Shown here: positions 39,801 through 52,299 of the stretch, piece by piece
Numbering within the stretch: position 1 is the stretch's first letter
Layout: the number at the start of each line of letters is the position of its first letter
Source: Raillietiella orientalis
Taxonomy: Eukaryota
Assembly: GCA_036172245.1 (NCBI GenBank)
Contig: JAYWIR010000010.1
Coordinates: 1,116,001 to 1,180,000 of the forward strand
Reading direction: 5' to 3'
DNA length: 64,000 nt
Made by a program: the position numbers and the translations under genes
Notes under the pieces: generated by a model
What the model saw: the letters and a program-made list of their open reading frames with translations, nothing else
Databases searched by the model: none
Told to the model about the DNA's origin: nothing

Positions 39801-41618
39801 CGATCGTCCCGTGAGCTTCCCGAAATGGACCGGCGTCTTGAGCATCTGATTTGTGAATCGGAATACACGGAAGGCGCAGAAATTCTGTATTTGCTGCAAC
39901 GCACCTGCCAAAATTTTATGCATTGGATAAGCTCGAACAGAGGAGAAAGGCAGGAAGACCGAAGGATGGATTCTTCCCTCACTTGTTTTTCGTTTTCGTA
40001 GATGCTCCGTAAAAAACTGAATTGATAAAACTTTCTCGATGGATATGTGATTTGAGTGCCACACAGAATAAGAAATAAAAAAAGAAGACCATCTCAGTGT
40101 GAAGTGCTTTGCTTATTGGAATTTCGAACGAGTGGCTGTAAAACTAGAAAGGACTGTGAACACCCAGAAATGAATGCATGCGAATTCTGATGACTGTCAT
40201 CCGCTCTCGTGAACTGTGGAAGCTTGTGATTATCAACGGGAAGAGTTTCACAGAGTTTCGAGTGGTTTGGGGCTCCTCGAGTTCACACAAAGTCAAGGGC
40301 AATGAAGTGTTGAGTGGAAGAGAACAAAGGCATACGGTAGTGTGTCGCAGTGGCGGACACGGCGAAATTCCGTCTGTCAGAGGGCTTGAAGGTACGTTTC
40401 GCCTCGGCCAATGCAGAAAGAATTCCTGGAAATTGCCCTCGGCTCGACAGCGCTCCCTAGAAAAATGAAGGAACCAGATCACAAACGCCGAAACCCCCCT
40501 TCCTCGGTCACGGAAGATCACCGAAGTTGGAAGCCTCGCTGCCGCAAGCGTTTGCAGAGCATCCAGAATAGGAACGCCCTTGTTGCGCGTGCAGTCTTGG
40601 TCCAGCATTGAGCCGAAACTCCATGGAGCCTCATTTACTCGGACCTCATTTTGAATCGGGTTAACAGCATGAAGTCCAGGAAAACGATCGTACCTCAGAG
40701 GTGATCACACATCCATTCCAGCGAGAGGCTTCGTTGCTTCTTATCATGACCGTCTCCCTTTCTTCAGGTTGTGATTACAGGCAGAATCCGAAGGCATTTT
40801 CAAATGCTTTTTCCACCTCGGCAGTGAGGACGCTTTCACTGCCTGCATCGATTAAGGAGCGAACCTGAAAATTTAAATATGGATTGTGCACGGAGGTAAA
40901 ATGTTCACGTGTCACGTGTAGGCACTTGGGAAAAACACGTCCAGAAACGCTGTCAGCTGCGAGCTTCCGATTTTTCCTCTGGACAGCATTCATGAAGGAC
41001 AACACTCAGATTAATGGAGAAATCGGAATGGCGAAGAATGAAAGCAGAAGGAATGTCAGTGTAAAATATGGACCATCCCAAATTATTAGATCCTCCTCTC
41101 TGGATTGAGCGAGAGGACCTTGAATTTTGTCCAGCTGCAATAGCGGAAAACCAGATTTCTAGACGCCTGTCTCCTTGTTCTGCTGTTTCCGATTCTCGCG
41201 CAGGGCTTCCTCGTGGACCAGGAGAACCACTTTTTGTTTCTTATCCAGGAACAAAGTGTCGCAAACCATCTCTCGAATTCTCCGTTTCCACTCGGCGCCG
41301 CTTCACGGATGCCAGCGATCCGTTCCAGCTCAGCTTCCGATGGAAGATGACTCTTAGAAGAGTTGAATCAGAATCTGCTGCTGAACCATCATCGAAATTC
41401 ACCACGAGTTCCCATGCATCCTTAAAACAGCATAACATGGTAGATCCCGGCGTCCAGCAGTCAGCAGAGTGAAGCTCCTGGTAACCTGTGATTCCTGTTC
41501 CCTTTTCTTGTAGCTTTCGCCTGGTAGATATGAGCGCTGGTGCTAAATTGACTGCTTTCGCTTGCTGTTTTGCATATTTAAGAGGCAGAACGAAACTGAG
41601 ATGAAATTGGAAGGTTCA

Positions 41619-41900
41619 GTTATAGTTTTGTGTTTTATGAATATGTTATGTCCGTTAAGATCAGGATTGTTGGGGGAGATTATGATGTATATGGGGATGG
41701 GGGGATGGTTAGCGTGGTGGTACATGTAGTGTTGTATTTAAGTATGATGACGTTGGCAGGAGGGGGTTACAGAATTTATATGTTGAGAATGTTATGTCGT
41801 GGGAGGATAGTAGTGGAAAGGAAGTATGGGGTGATAATAGGAGATTTTCATGTCATTGTATGGTGGCGAGGGTAATTAGGATGATGATATTTATGTGTTG
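41619..41900 (+). pseudogene. nad4: NUMT: mitochondrial nad4 3' fragment
   Basis: Abrupt G/T-rich block. In the invertebrate mt code it reads VLCFMNMLCPLSSGLLGEIMMYMGMGGW (cf. NM.APPS.NLLGEI), then after one frameshift SMMTLAGGGYSIYMLSMLCRG (cf. AYSLYL....HG). Confidence 0.75.
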
Positions 41901-42780
41901 ATGTCAAAAAATATCTCTGATCCACCTTCGAACGCGCATGAACAGGAAGACGCAGTAGCATCACAGTTCCTGCACCGAATCCTGTTGGCGACGCTTCGAG
42001 GGACATTGCTGCTTGGTGGTGCTGATGCTGCGAGAGAGTGTATTTCCGCGAAATAGTTGAGTGGACAGCTGTTTCAAGAGGAAACGATTTCCTGAAGACA
42101 TGCGAATTAGATCCGCAGTCTCCATCACACAAACCCCAGACGAACTGTAGGCTTTCAGAATTTGGGGCGATTTTTTCCAGGTTATCAATCCCATCAGAAT
42201 GGAATAGACCTTTCTGGAATATACTTTGCTCTCTATCCTAACAGGGGGGCAGTGCTCGGCTTCTTGTTCGGCCGCGTAGGACAGAGATGTTTCCTCTTCC
42301 CGAAAATTCCTCTAAAGTCTCTCTGCTTGACGTGTGGTCCCTTTTGAAGAGCAGTCACAGTTCCGACAAATCCCGTTTCTGCCAACCTCTGGTTTCAGGA
42401 GCCATCGTGGCAAACGCAGGCCTGACTGGGATTCCTAGTTAAGAGGGAGTAGTGACCGTGATTCCTCCAAGGGTGCACAAACTCGGAGAGCTTTTTTTTT
42501 CCAAGAGCAAATGCGAAAACACCGCAGGATGGAACAAAGCCGCGAAATGATATGAGTCGCGATCGAAAAGTCAGAATTGGGAGTCGGAATTCATCTATAG
42601 GAAGAATTCTCCAGGTTATTTGCGATTCTGATCCCTCAATCGGTACTGAAGAAACTTCAGATTCGGATGGAGATGGAGAATCAGTCATTCTTTTGGGGTC
42701 TCATCTTTTCATATTCCGTCGAAAAGCAATCAGTCGGAAAAGAAGTAATTGTATTTATCTAAAAAGGATTGAGGGATCTG

Positions 42781-43050
42781 AAAATGTTGATGGGGTTTTG
42801 TATTGAATGTGGATAATTCATTATATGTTAGAGATGTTATGTAGGAGAAGATGATTAGGATTCCTCCGACGTAGATGAGGAATAGAATGATAGCATATCA
42901 TGATGTTATGGAAAGGAGGTTGATGGTGATGGCAGTGGTTAGTGGGATTGTAGCTAGGAAGAGAGCTATAATTATGGGATTGGTATATGAGCAATAAAGG
43001 AGAGATATGGTTGTAATTATGAGTATGCCAGGGGTGTGTAGATGATGATG
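42781..43050 (-). pseudogene. nad6: NUMT: mitochondrial nad6 5' half
   Basis: Open frame of about 80 codons in the invertebrate mt code (TGA=W): MLMITTMSLL..NPMIMALFL..SWYAIILFLIYVGGILIIFSYMTSLTYNE, containing the ND6 signature SW...ILFLIY.GG.L..F.Y..SL..NE. Confidence 0.9.
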
Positions 43051-44160
43051 ATGAAATCTGGAGATTTGTTTGGAGATGTATCCAGGACTAATTTAGTAAG
43101 GACTTGTCTTCTTGTATCATTGTGACGTTACAGCTCGGAAATGCGCCTCCTTCATTCCTGGAGAAATGCTCTGATTCGAATCGAAGGGCTTCGGTTCCGT
43201 TGGAAAAGCCACCACGAGTCCTTAGGTTGTCTTTAGGAAGCTTTGTCCTCTTGAGCTTTCTGTAACCAACCTCCGATTCCAGAGTTTAGGAGCGCCACCT
43301 GCTGGTGTATTCAAAACTTTGTTCGTTTCCGCCTTCGTCCTATCCCCCAGACTGAACTCCACTTTTTTCGCCTTCCTATGCGCGCTTCAAAACGTCCCTA
43401 CGTGACCTGAAAGGTGATCTTTCATGATTCACTTGTTTTGAATTTCCGTTGGATTTGAATTTTTTTTTTTTTTGCTCCGGTCTGAATTTCCTCTGTGCGT
43501 CCATGCATGCGCGCCTACAGCCTAAGGGACAGCCCGCAACACCATCGCAGCTCACGCGTGCGGGATGCAAAGGTAGGTCCCTAAATCCAAGGGAACGGAG
43601 TGGGTTCGAACTCGGGATCTGGTCCTCTTTCTCTTCCCCACCACGAGCAGCAGCGTCGTTCGTTTCCTTGAGATGCGAAGCATTCGAGCCACTTTTTCCA
43701 AAGTGCGATCCAATCTGGATGAGGCGGAAAATGGCGGGTCTCTCTGACGACAGGGGGGCGAAGCGTGGATAGTACAGGGACATACACCAACGCGGAGTAC
43801 AAACGCACGTTTGCCCAGTCGGGAACATGAGTTTGGGAGTCTTTCGACCAATCCACCCCGCCGCTGGAATGGGTTCTTTTGACAAAGAGGGACTTGGAGG
43901 GGGAAGGGGGGAAAAAATTGGGAGCATCTGTCGCATTTTCGGAGCATCCATTCAAGTGAGACTGTCGACCGCGACGTCATTCTCAGAAGCTTAGGGATAT
44001 CTCAAGTCGTCCGACGTCTCCTTTCGTGTGCCTGTGCGCCGTTCAGAGCATGCCTCTTAAGCATGTTCTTTTTCGTACTTCGAAACACCGGGTTCCTTGC
44101 TTCCAGGCAGTCCTGGACTACTCATACGTCGTTTTTACGACTTTTCTTTGCTTTTTTTCT

Positions 44161-44182
44161 TGTGTGTGTGTGTGTGTGTGTG
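44161..44182. repeat. (TG)11 microsatellite
   Basis: Read directly from the sequence. Confidence 0.95.
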
Positions 44183-45304
44183 TTTGAGAAAGAGAGAGGG
44201 AGGGAGGGAGGGATGCATTTCTTTAAAATAATTGATGCAATGTCAGGTGACAAAGGTCCGCAGTTTGTATGTCTAGACGTTTCGGTTTGGGGAAATGCAA
44301 CTCTTTTTCCTCCCACCTCATTTAAGAGGTGGAAGGTGGGACTCTCCTCACCTGCGAACCCTTGCACAATCGCAGTCACTTATTCATCGCCTGAACTCCC
44401 GGTAACACCGCTCTCTCACGGTACAGTCGATCGTGGTTGCCACCGCCTTCCTGGCTTCCCACCATCGCGGCCATTCCCATTCGAAATGGCCTCGTGGGCC
44501 GCACTTCTTGTGCTTCCACGTTCTCTGCGAGAGTGTTGAGGTTAAAAGGCTCACCACAGTACCCAATGCAAAATGCACACTTGGAGTGCCTTCCCTCCCT
44601 TCGAGCAGGACACGTCTACCACCCGAGAAGCCTACGAGATGCCCACGTAACCATGCCAAAGGGCGTGGATATTGCTTGGCGCGATCACTAGCACCTCCTA
44701 CTCTGGCTGTCCCATTTGAAGTGGCCGGCTGTGGCTCAGCTGCCAAAAAGAATCGACTGCATGACACTCAAACTGCTCCCTGAAAGGAGCGCGACGTAGG
44801 GCGTGGCAGCCAAATGAACAGAACTCCTGGAAAGAAAAAAAAAAAAGCAGGCAGCGTTGCTGGCATTCCTTCTGTTTCCTATTTCTGGGGCCGATTTCAT
44901 TTCCATATGGCCACTCGGGTTTATCAGCAGCGGACGCAGAAAGCACAAGTCAGCGGGCACTTTCCGCTGACAAGAGACATAGTCTAACCGCATAATAGAT
45001 TTGGGGCCTATTAGTGGCCAAGCGAAGGACTTTTATGGCTCGTTATTAACAGCGTCAAGTAGAGTCCTTGGATACACGGTGACGAGCGCCCAAGTGAGCA
45101 TCAGTATCCTGTTTTGATGCCAGGAGAAAAAGAGTAAAAGTCGAGGGAGCTTAAATGCTGTGTTGTTATTGCGTGACTATCGCGAAATAACAGCCAGGAA
45201 CAATAATTTGCATCATTGCCCCGCCAAAATGACAGCAATAGGTGGTGTTTCTGTCCCTCCTTTCCTTTGTCATCCCTGGACGTGCTCGTCTCATCCTGCT
45301 ATTT

Positions 45305-45328
45305 TCTCTCTCTCTCTCTCTCTCTCTC
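45305..45328. repeat. (TC)12 microsatellite
   Basis: Read directly from the sequence. Confidence 0.95.
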
Positions 45329-48300
45329 TTTGGAGTCGTGAACTTTGTTCCTTCGAGAGATGTCGCCAGCAATTTCGATCCTCTTCTCTGCTCCCCCCTT
45401 GGGACCAGTCGCAACCCATTTCGGAAGCCGTCGCAGCTCGGACGTCTCTTCCACGCATAACACAAGATGGTTTGGGGCGACGGCAGGAGAGGATCACGTC
45501 CCTTATCATCTTATGCAAATTTTGGAAAGGCGCGTAATTAATTAATGATCCGTTGCCGATTTTAGGCGAAAGATGCAAAAAGATGCAAGCGCTGCATGGT
45601 TGGCCAATCGCTCGCGCAGAGTGGGAAAGCACATCAACCAGACGCCGATGCAATAAATGCATCTCAAGCATTACATTGTATGCACCGATAAGGCAATCGG
45701 TACATATGCATGTAAAATCAGCCCTGCGTTATCTCGTGTTCCCGAAAAATGATATTTTTGGCTTTATTTGATTGCTACAGGCACTCATTCTCATGAGTTC
45801 AATAGACAAAACATATGTGAAGATCCCGACGCGCGTACTTTTTTATTTGACGCATACTCTCCTTACTATTCATATTCTCATTTAATTTGTTTTTGAAATT
45901 TGGGGTGGGGGGGATGAATAGAAAGAACAGCTGCGCAAATTGCAATATTCAGTAAGAAGAGTCATCGCTTCATCATTCAGGTAGCATCGCTAATGGTTTC
46001 TCGCACCCCAGTAGTCAAGTAACACACGTTCAGAATGTCATGGAAAGAAATCCACGTGAAATCGCGAAGCACGTGAGAACGCATTTCCGTGCTTTTTCGT
46101 GCAGATTTTCAACTCATTACATTTAAATTACGTGTAGGGATTTGCGAGCTTCAAGTGGTGTCATTCACGTTTCGAACACGAGCACGAACTCTCGTTGTCT
46201 AAATAAATAAATCAAAGAATGGTAACTGTGGAGCCACCCCAATAGCACGCGTCTGCCAGCATGATGAAAGGCTGCATCATCGTGCTGAAGACTGAAACTA
46301 AGGCGCGAAAGATTTGGGCAAGGGAACCAGAAGGGTCGGTATGGATGCGCTCGATGAACTGTGGTATTCATTTCCGCAGGAATCGAACGCGGGAGTTGTC
46401 AGCAAACGGGATTCAGATCTGTCTTCGGACCCGAAGCTGCAGGCAGAAGAAGACGCGACGGGACAACCAGGGATCCTGCGAGGTTTTTCCCAAAACCGGA
46501 GCCACGCATGGTTTCCTGAGGTCACCACCGCGCCTGTCTCACCTTCCCTGTTGCCTCTAAATAACACGGCCTCGGGAACCGTGCTTCTCATCTCTCCTTC
46601 CTCCAAAGCGGTCAATCAATACCCTCCTAATCACAGACGCGTCGGATTGGCAGGTCCGACGTTTGCAGTCGGAATGCCTTCACCGTTTACAGACAAGATG
46701 GGCAGTTTCGCTCGGATGAAATTTCAGGTTGGTTCCGTTTAGTCACCCGATGGGGACTAAATGGAGGAGAACGCAACCAATAACCTCTGTGTCTCCCCTT
46801 TGGAGTCTCTCATCACCTTGGAAATCGATTACCTTCTTCTCAACGGGGTCCTTCCGTATTTCTCCGCGCCTTCACACCCTCCAAGAGAGCAAAGTGCAGG
46901 AAGCGAGGTGGGAACCACTCTTTGCAGAGTGCGGATCGGACTCGTCCCGTCGTGACCGTCTTTCCCTGAGACGATTCTTCAAGTGAAGAGTAGATTTCGC
47001 AATTCTCTCCCACCGGCTTTTCGTACGGATTCCACTGTACAGTTTTCACCGACTCCTGTCCAGCAGAGAATTGTGCGGTGGAATGCTCATACCGCTCTCT
47101 GCCTCGGGGTGCTTCTCGTAAGCCTTCCAGGGCGCGACCGTGCAGGCTGAGAAAATCTCGGGGAGCCCCGTTTTCCTCAGGTGAGGCCGCGATTTTTTCT
47201 CGCTGGACATCGTCCGATGTTGGACGCAAAGAATTCTACTCGGAGAACCGTTCGCAGATGCTCGGAGCATCCGGAAGAATGAATTCCCTTCTGCTTTCTC
47301 GACCATCTGTTTCGGGAAATGCGCAACATTGGAAAACGTTCGTCTTTCGCACAGGCGCCCGAAAGTCCAGAAAAGTGACAAGGCGTCGTTCCTGACCGGA
47401 TGACAACAAGTCCCTTTGCGGAATCAATCCGTTTCGACTCCAGCAGCGCATGAAAGCAGCGAGCGAGCATGAAAATCTCAGGGTAAACAGAACAGAACTT
47501 CGTAGCTGTCAAGACGGACCAGGGGCTCTGTTTCTGGGGGGAAAGCCGTCTGGGGAGGGGTGCTGTGTGTTCTTCGCCGGCCTGTCCGACTTTCGGGGTT
47601 TATCCAACGATGGCTTCATTATGCGGCTCTGCTTTGTATCATCATCATTCTTACCATTTTCGTTCCACTCTGTCACGCCGCTGAAGAGATCATCTCAGGA
47701 ACATTCAGCTTCTCAACAGTCCCCCACCTTTGACTTGGAACAGATTAGTCAGATTAGTCAGCGGAATGAAAGTTGACCAGGCAATGTTCTCCTGCCCCTG
47801 CTCAACGTCGCTGGCTGACGCCGCTCATTGTATTCCATTAAAAAGATCACGGCGGCACAAAATGACATCTGTCCCACGGAGTTTCAGGAAACGAAGCGTC
47901 CGTGCCTCGAGTCCACGGAGGGATTTGCTTCGGAGGAGTCGCCGGGACGCTCGGCGCGCAATTGGGAAAGGCGATGATACCGCGAGGTTGCGGATGCTGA
48001 GAAAATTAGGTGAAACGGAAGCCTGCAATTGAAGCGAACCCAATTTAGCAGCTCCGCGGCCTGTTCGCTGCATTGGAGACGACAGAAATACAAAATGCAG
48101 GATAATTGGCGGGATGGCGTGAGCGGAGCAGATGCCGGAGAGCGACCGATTCCACCCTCGCAGAAAGCAATTCCGCGCGCGCTCGGGCAGAGAGCTTTTG
48201 GCCTTCGGGCTTCAGGTCGCTGCTCGAATTCGGCCGGGCGGCAGTACTTCTTCTGGGCGCGATCCGCTTCCCTTCCGATGCGGTTTCCGTACCTTCCGAA

Positions 48301-51204
48301 GCAGAAGGTGAAGTCTGCGGTGAAATCTTGGATCGAGGACCGGATGCCATTCCTCTTTGCATCCCGTCAAAGTCCTTGGATGCAGGGTGCCTGCCTGCCC
48401 TTTAGCTCCCACGAGGGAATCAAGGGCAGCTTCACAAAAGAGTCTACGAAAGAGTTGCGAATCCCACGCGTAACTGGATGAGACGTCAATACACAACTTT
48501 CACAGATTCCCCTTTCGTGAATAAGGGAATCGGACAAGGGAGCTGGCGGAGAACAATGGAAACCACGCAAGGGGTTGCTATGCAAAGATGCCCTTTCCAC
48601 TGAGTGAGCAGCGGTCGCCTAGAAGTCTCGAACCCCCCAGTCAGAAACAACTGACGCTAATTTGGAAGCCGACCCGGTAGTTTCTGCGTTGCGAATGGAG
48701 CTAGCGAAATGGCCCCCCAAAAACGACCCCAGGCTGAAATCGGGCACCAAGCATCAAAGTTGGATTTCTTTCTGTGAAGTCCCTCGCCCTGATACGGAAT
48801 AGGAAGAGGTTGCGACCTCTTCCAACACATCGCAAGCATGGAATCCTGGCCTCAGTGTTACTAACCTATGGCGGAAGAACTTGGGTAGGTAACGAGCGAA
48901 TTTTTATGAAAGTTTACCCCCCAGCCTCCAGATGCCTTTGGGAAGGAATTTAAACTTCCCAAAATACCAGATCTGATTTTTAATTCGAGCCATCTCCTGC
49001 TTTCCTTTCAGAGCGATGCTGAGTAATTCCTGGTCTCAAGTTATCGATTCTCCCCCAGACTGCAGATTCCACGTGACCCAAGGCGCTTCCAGATGAAGAT
49101 TTTGGTTCTGCTCCGATCCCGAAACTGAGCAAGGATTTTCAGATTTCGGTTTCCTGCAACTCCCTTCTCTGATTTGAGTATTCTTCAGTGCTCTTTTCAA
49201 CACTTGGATCTGTCTGCTTGAATACCGCCGACAGCACTTTTCTTCCGGTGTTCTCCAGCGAAGAGGTTCGTTTCTACGCGTTCAAATTAGAAGCGCTCAC
49301 CCAGAACCCACCAAAGTATACAGAGATGAAGTACAAAATTACCTCGTCGAAATCAGCGCACGCTTCTGGGAGAGAAGAGGAAGGCCTACGGACACCAAGG
49401 CGTCCAAAGTCGCTCAACGAGAAAGGCACGGAGGCATCAACACCAGCGTGTTTCAAGTGTCTAGAAAATTCAACAAGCCATTTCGGCACTCACAGAGGGA
49501 AGGTTTGAAAGAGCTCACACGATCCTGGAGCGCTGAAACCGTGACGAAATACGAACTGCTAGGCCCAATAGGGCTGACGAGGACTGTAACATAAGCTGAG
49601 GGTTGTTTGCTAAATCCCTCAGAGCGTCCCAGAGCAGACAGAAAGGCTCCCTTCAGTGCACGAATGAACAGACAGACACGCGAGTCCTCAATAGTTGTAG
49701 CTGATTTCGTAGAGAATTGGAAATGGAAATCGACCGACCGATCGTCGATTTGGTCGAGATGCTGCTTCTAGCATTCTCAGCCTTTTGACCTTCGAGGCAA
49801 GAAGTCTCAGGAATTCCTTTTTCTGGAAATCGCCCGCATGCTCCGCAGTAGATAACATCCAGTGTTCTCTCTCCGTGAAACAAAGGACACGGATGCTGCA
49901 TCCGGCCACGCTTGCTCGAAAAGACCTCGGTTTCGCGTACTACGCAATACGAGCATCAGTGGGATTGGAGCAACGGCACCCACCCAACGGCATTCGAATT
50001 ATGGATGCAGCTCTTTCGAGGTTCCCTATTCGTTCATTTCCCGTTTTCATCTGCAGGCAGAGCATCGCCGAGATAGAGCTGACCATGCTGCGCGTGCCAT
50101 TTATCGACTTCCGATTTTCGGCTATCGTGGGAGCACAATTACGGGTCGACCACAGGAGCAACTGCTCCATGGTCAAGTATAAGCAGTTTCAGGGAAGTCG
50201 GGTTCCCTGCTCAAGTCATCCAAAGACCAACGGCAGATTCGTCACCGTGCAATAGGATTATGCGGAAATGCCATCTGTTGGCATGACATATTATGAGGCA
50301 GGCAAATGCGGATGAGAGCTCCACGCGCCGGAGTCACCTCAGCAGATAAATTTCTTCGTGAAACCGAAAGTGGACCTCGAATGTGTGACCGCTGCGCCAA
50401 GGCATGCAAACCAATCGGATCGTTAAGAACGCATCGTGCCGACGCTCGCCTCGTAATTTCGGAACTGAGCTCATCTGCAAATATGATGTTCTGATCGTTG
50501 CGGGGAAGAGAAGAAAATTACCTTCCTCTTCCTTCACTGAAGTAGTCGAATTCGGACCAAAATTCAAATACGCGCGCCTCGCATCCCGCTGCAAGGGATA
50601 GAGACGAGTAACCTTGGAATCGAGTCGCCCATTTTTCAGTACGCGAAGAGACACACATCTCTTCAAGGAGGTGCAAATTTTTCACCATTCGGTTACCATC
50701 GCGCGTACATATATACATATATGTATAGTGTGAAGAGAGCTGCTTGCCTCTCTCTTCGACAGGTAGATGGCTGCTTTCTTCTCAACTCGCTTCCTTTCAG
50801 TGGAGCCCCTCGCTGGACCCCCGTCTGCACGGCCCCTCCCATCTCTTATCGGTCCCCCTGTTCATTGGAAGCAGACTAATGGGCCATTGGAGCTTTGCGG
50901 AAACTTCCAGATTAAAAGAAGACCTCATGTATATTCGTATACATACATAATCAACGGTCAAGTTTCCACGACGACATTCTCTGCCTGCCCGAACGAGACC
51001 GAACGGAAGAAACTTCGTTCGATGACGACGGTCCACTCTCCCTAAGAGTCGACCACCATCTTTATCTTTCCTTCCAGGAGAAAATGAACATTCAGTCATC
51101 TCCCTGAGATGATTGACATTCACTTGCTCCTGGAAAGCAGCACAATGAAAATAACGCAAAATGGAGGATATATATATATATATATCTTCCATTTTGTATA
51201 TACA

Positions 51205-51496
51205 TACGAGCTGCATCTCAAAAGTAGGAGTTGATCGAATATAAAGAAAGAATAAAAAGGAAAAACAAAACTGCATTGGTGGTTCGAAACGCCCCCATAT
51301 CATTTTTCCGCTTGGTCCCCTTCCGCGTGGCTAAGCGGACAATTCCCAAACACTTTGGATACCGTGGAAGAAGCTTTTTTAGATTCTCTGCATGAAATTC
51401 CGCCGCCTGGGAGTCCATCCACTTCAGCAGCACTGCGGTTTTCAACGCCTTGCCTCCCCCCTCGGATCGTTGAGCCACTCCTGGAGGTGCAGGAAG
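51205..51496 (-). mobile_element. Mariner 3' end, inverted duplicate
   Basis: AQRSEGGGKALKTAVLLKWMDSQAAEFHAENLKKLLPRYPKCLG; TIR TACGAGCTGCATCTCAAAAGTA at 51205. Confidence 0.85.
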
Positions 51497-51499
51497 TAA

Positions 51500-52053
51500 G
51501 ACGTGGTAGTGGAATGTGGGGACCTGGCGGTATGTGGAACCGAAAGGGTGTGCTTTTTTTGGTGGACCTTATGGAGCGTGGAACAACCATCTACTGTGCG
51601 CAAGTCTACTGTGAAGCACTTTCGAAACTGCGGCGTGGGATGCTGGGGTCAGGGATTGTTCTTCTCCTTCACGACAGCGCGCGCCTTGACAACACACAAC
51701 ATTCCAGACAATCCAGAAATTCAAATGGGGACTTTTTGATCGCCCACCTTACAGTCCTGCCCGGTGACTACCACGTCTTCTTCCTTCCTGCACCTCCAGG
51801 AGTGGCTCAACGATCCGAGGGGGGAGGCAAGGAGTTGAAAACCGCAGTGCTGCTGAAGTGGATGGACTCCCAGGCGACGGAATTTCATACAGACGGTTCC
51901 TCCACGGTGCCAAAAGTCTTTGGAAAAAAGTGGAGGCTGCGTAGAAAAATGATATGGGGATGTACGTGTTTCCAACCGCTCATACATTTTTGTGTCTCTT
52001 ATTTACTCTTTCCTTATATACGATCAACCTTTACTTTTGAGATGCGACTCGTG
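51500..52053 (+). mobile_element. Mariner (DD34D) transposase 3' half with 3' TIR, decayed
   Basis: WNRKGVLFLVDLMERGTTI..YCEALSKLRRGMLGSGIVLLLHDSAR, PGDYHVF, ELKTAVLLKWMDSQATEF; TIR TTACTTTTGAGATGCGACTCGT. Confidence 0.9.
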
Positions 52054-52299
52054 TGTGTATACAAAATGGAAGATGAAAAAGGAAAATAATACAAAATGGA
52101 AGATATATATATACACGTATCTTCCATTTGTATTATTTTCATTGTGCTGCTGTCCAGGAGCAGATGAATGTTCAGTGGCATCTCAAGGAGAGTCGACCGT
52201 CGTCATCGAGAGAAATTTCCTCCGTTCGGACTCTTGCGAGCAGGCGGAGGATGCCGTCGTGGAAACCGGACCGCCGTTTGGCAGATGAGCAGCGCATGC

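Larger units (their letters stand above)
35650..50680 (-). pseudogene. PKHD1L1: Decayed fibrocystin-L / PKHD1L1-like gene (multiple IPT/TIG domains plus PA14 region), partial
   Basis: Matches collinear with PKHD1L1 as I recall it: RNRGLFEQAW (49905-49935; cf. GGRGLKLEVW), CAKDERFPML (cf. C..NIPMM), VQREKIAASPEENG..SLHGRALEGL (47119-47208; cf. IQRIQAASPPLSGSFDIQAYGHILKGL), KLPILSVNGEGI..TRL*LGG (cf. NLLQINDSNI..TRIKEGG), PGCPVASSSACSFG (46427-46474; cf. NGIPAKCSGDCGF). Many TIG-like pieces follow (YYPRF..IGSHFG, SPQI..SG..IRMSSGNRF, LSLNPERGGS, TVMVG..IFRVS, AAGVFPL..GYS). Numerous stops and frameshifts; candidate GT-AG introns such as 37283-37331. Ends are approximate. Confidence 0.7.

Noticed and set aside
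51205..52053. Mobile palindromic mariner MITE
   Set aside because: The inverted similarity extends beyond the TIRs into flanking DNA, so a local inverted duplication fits better.
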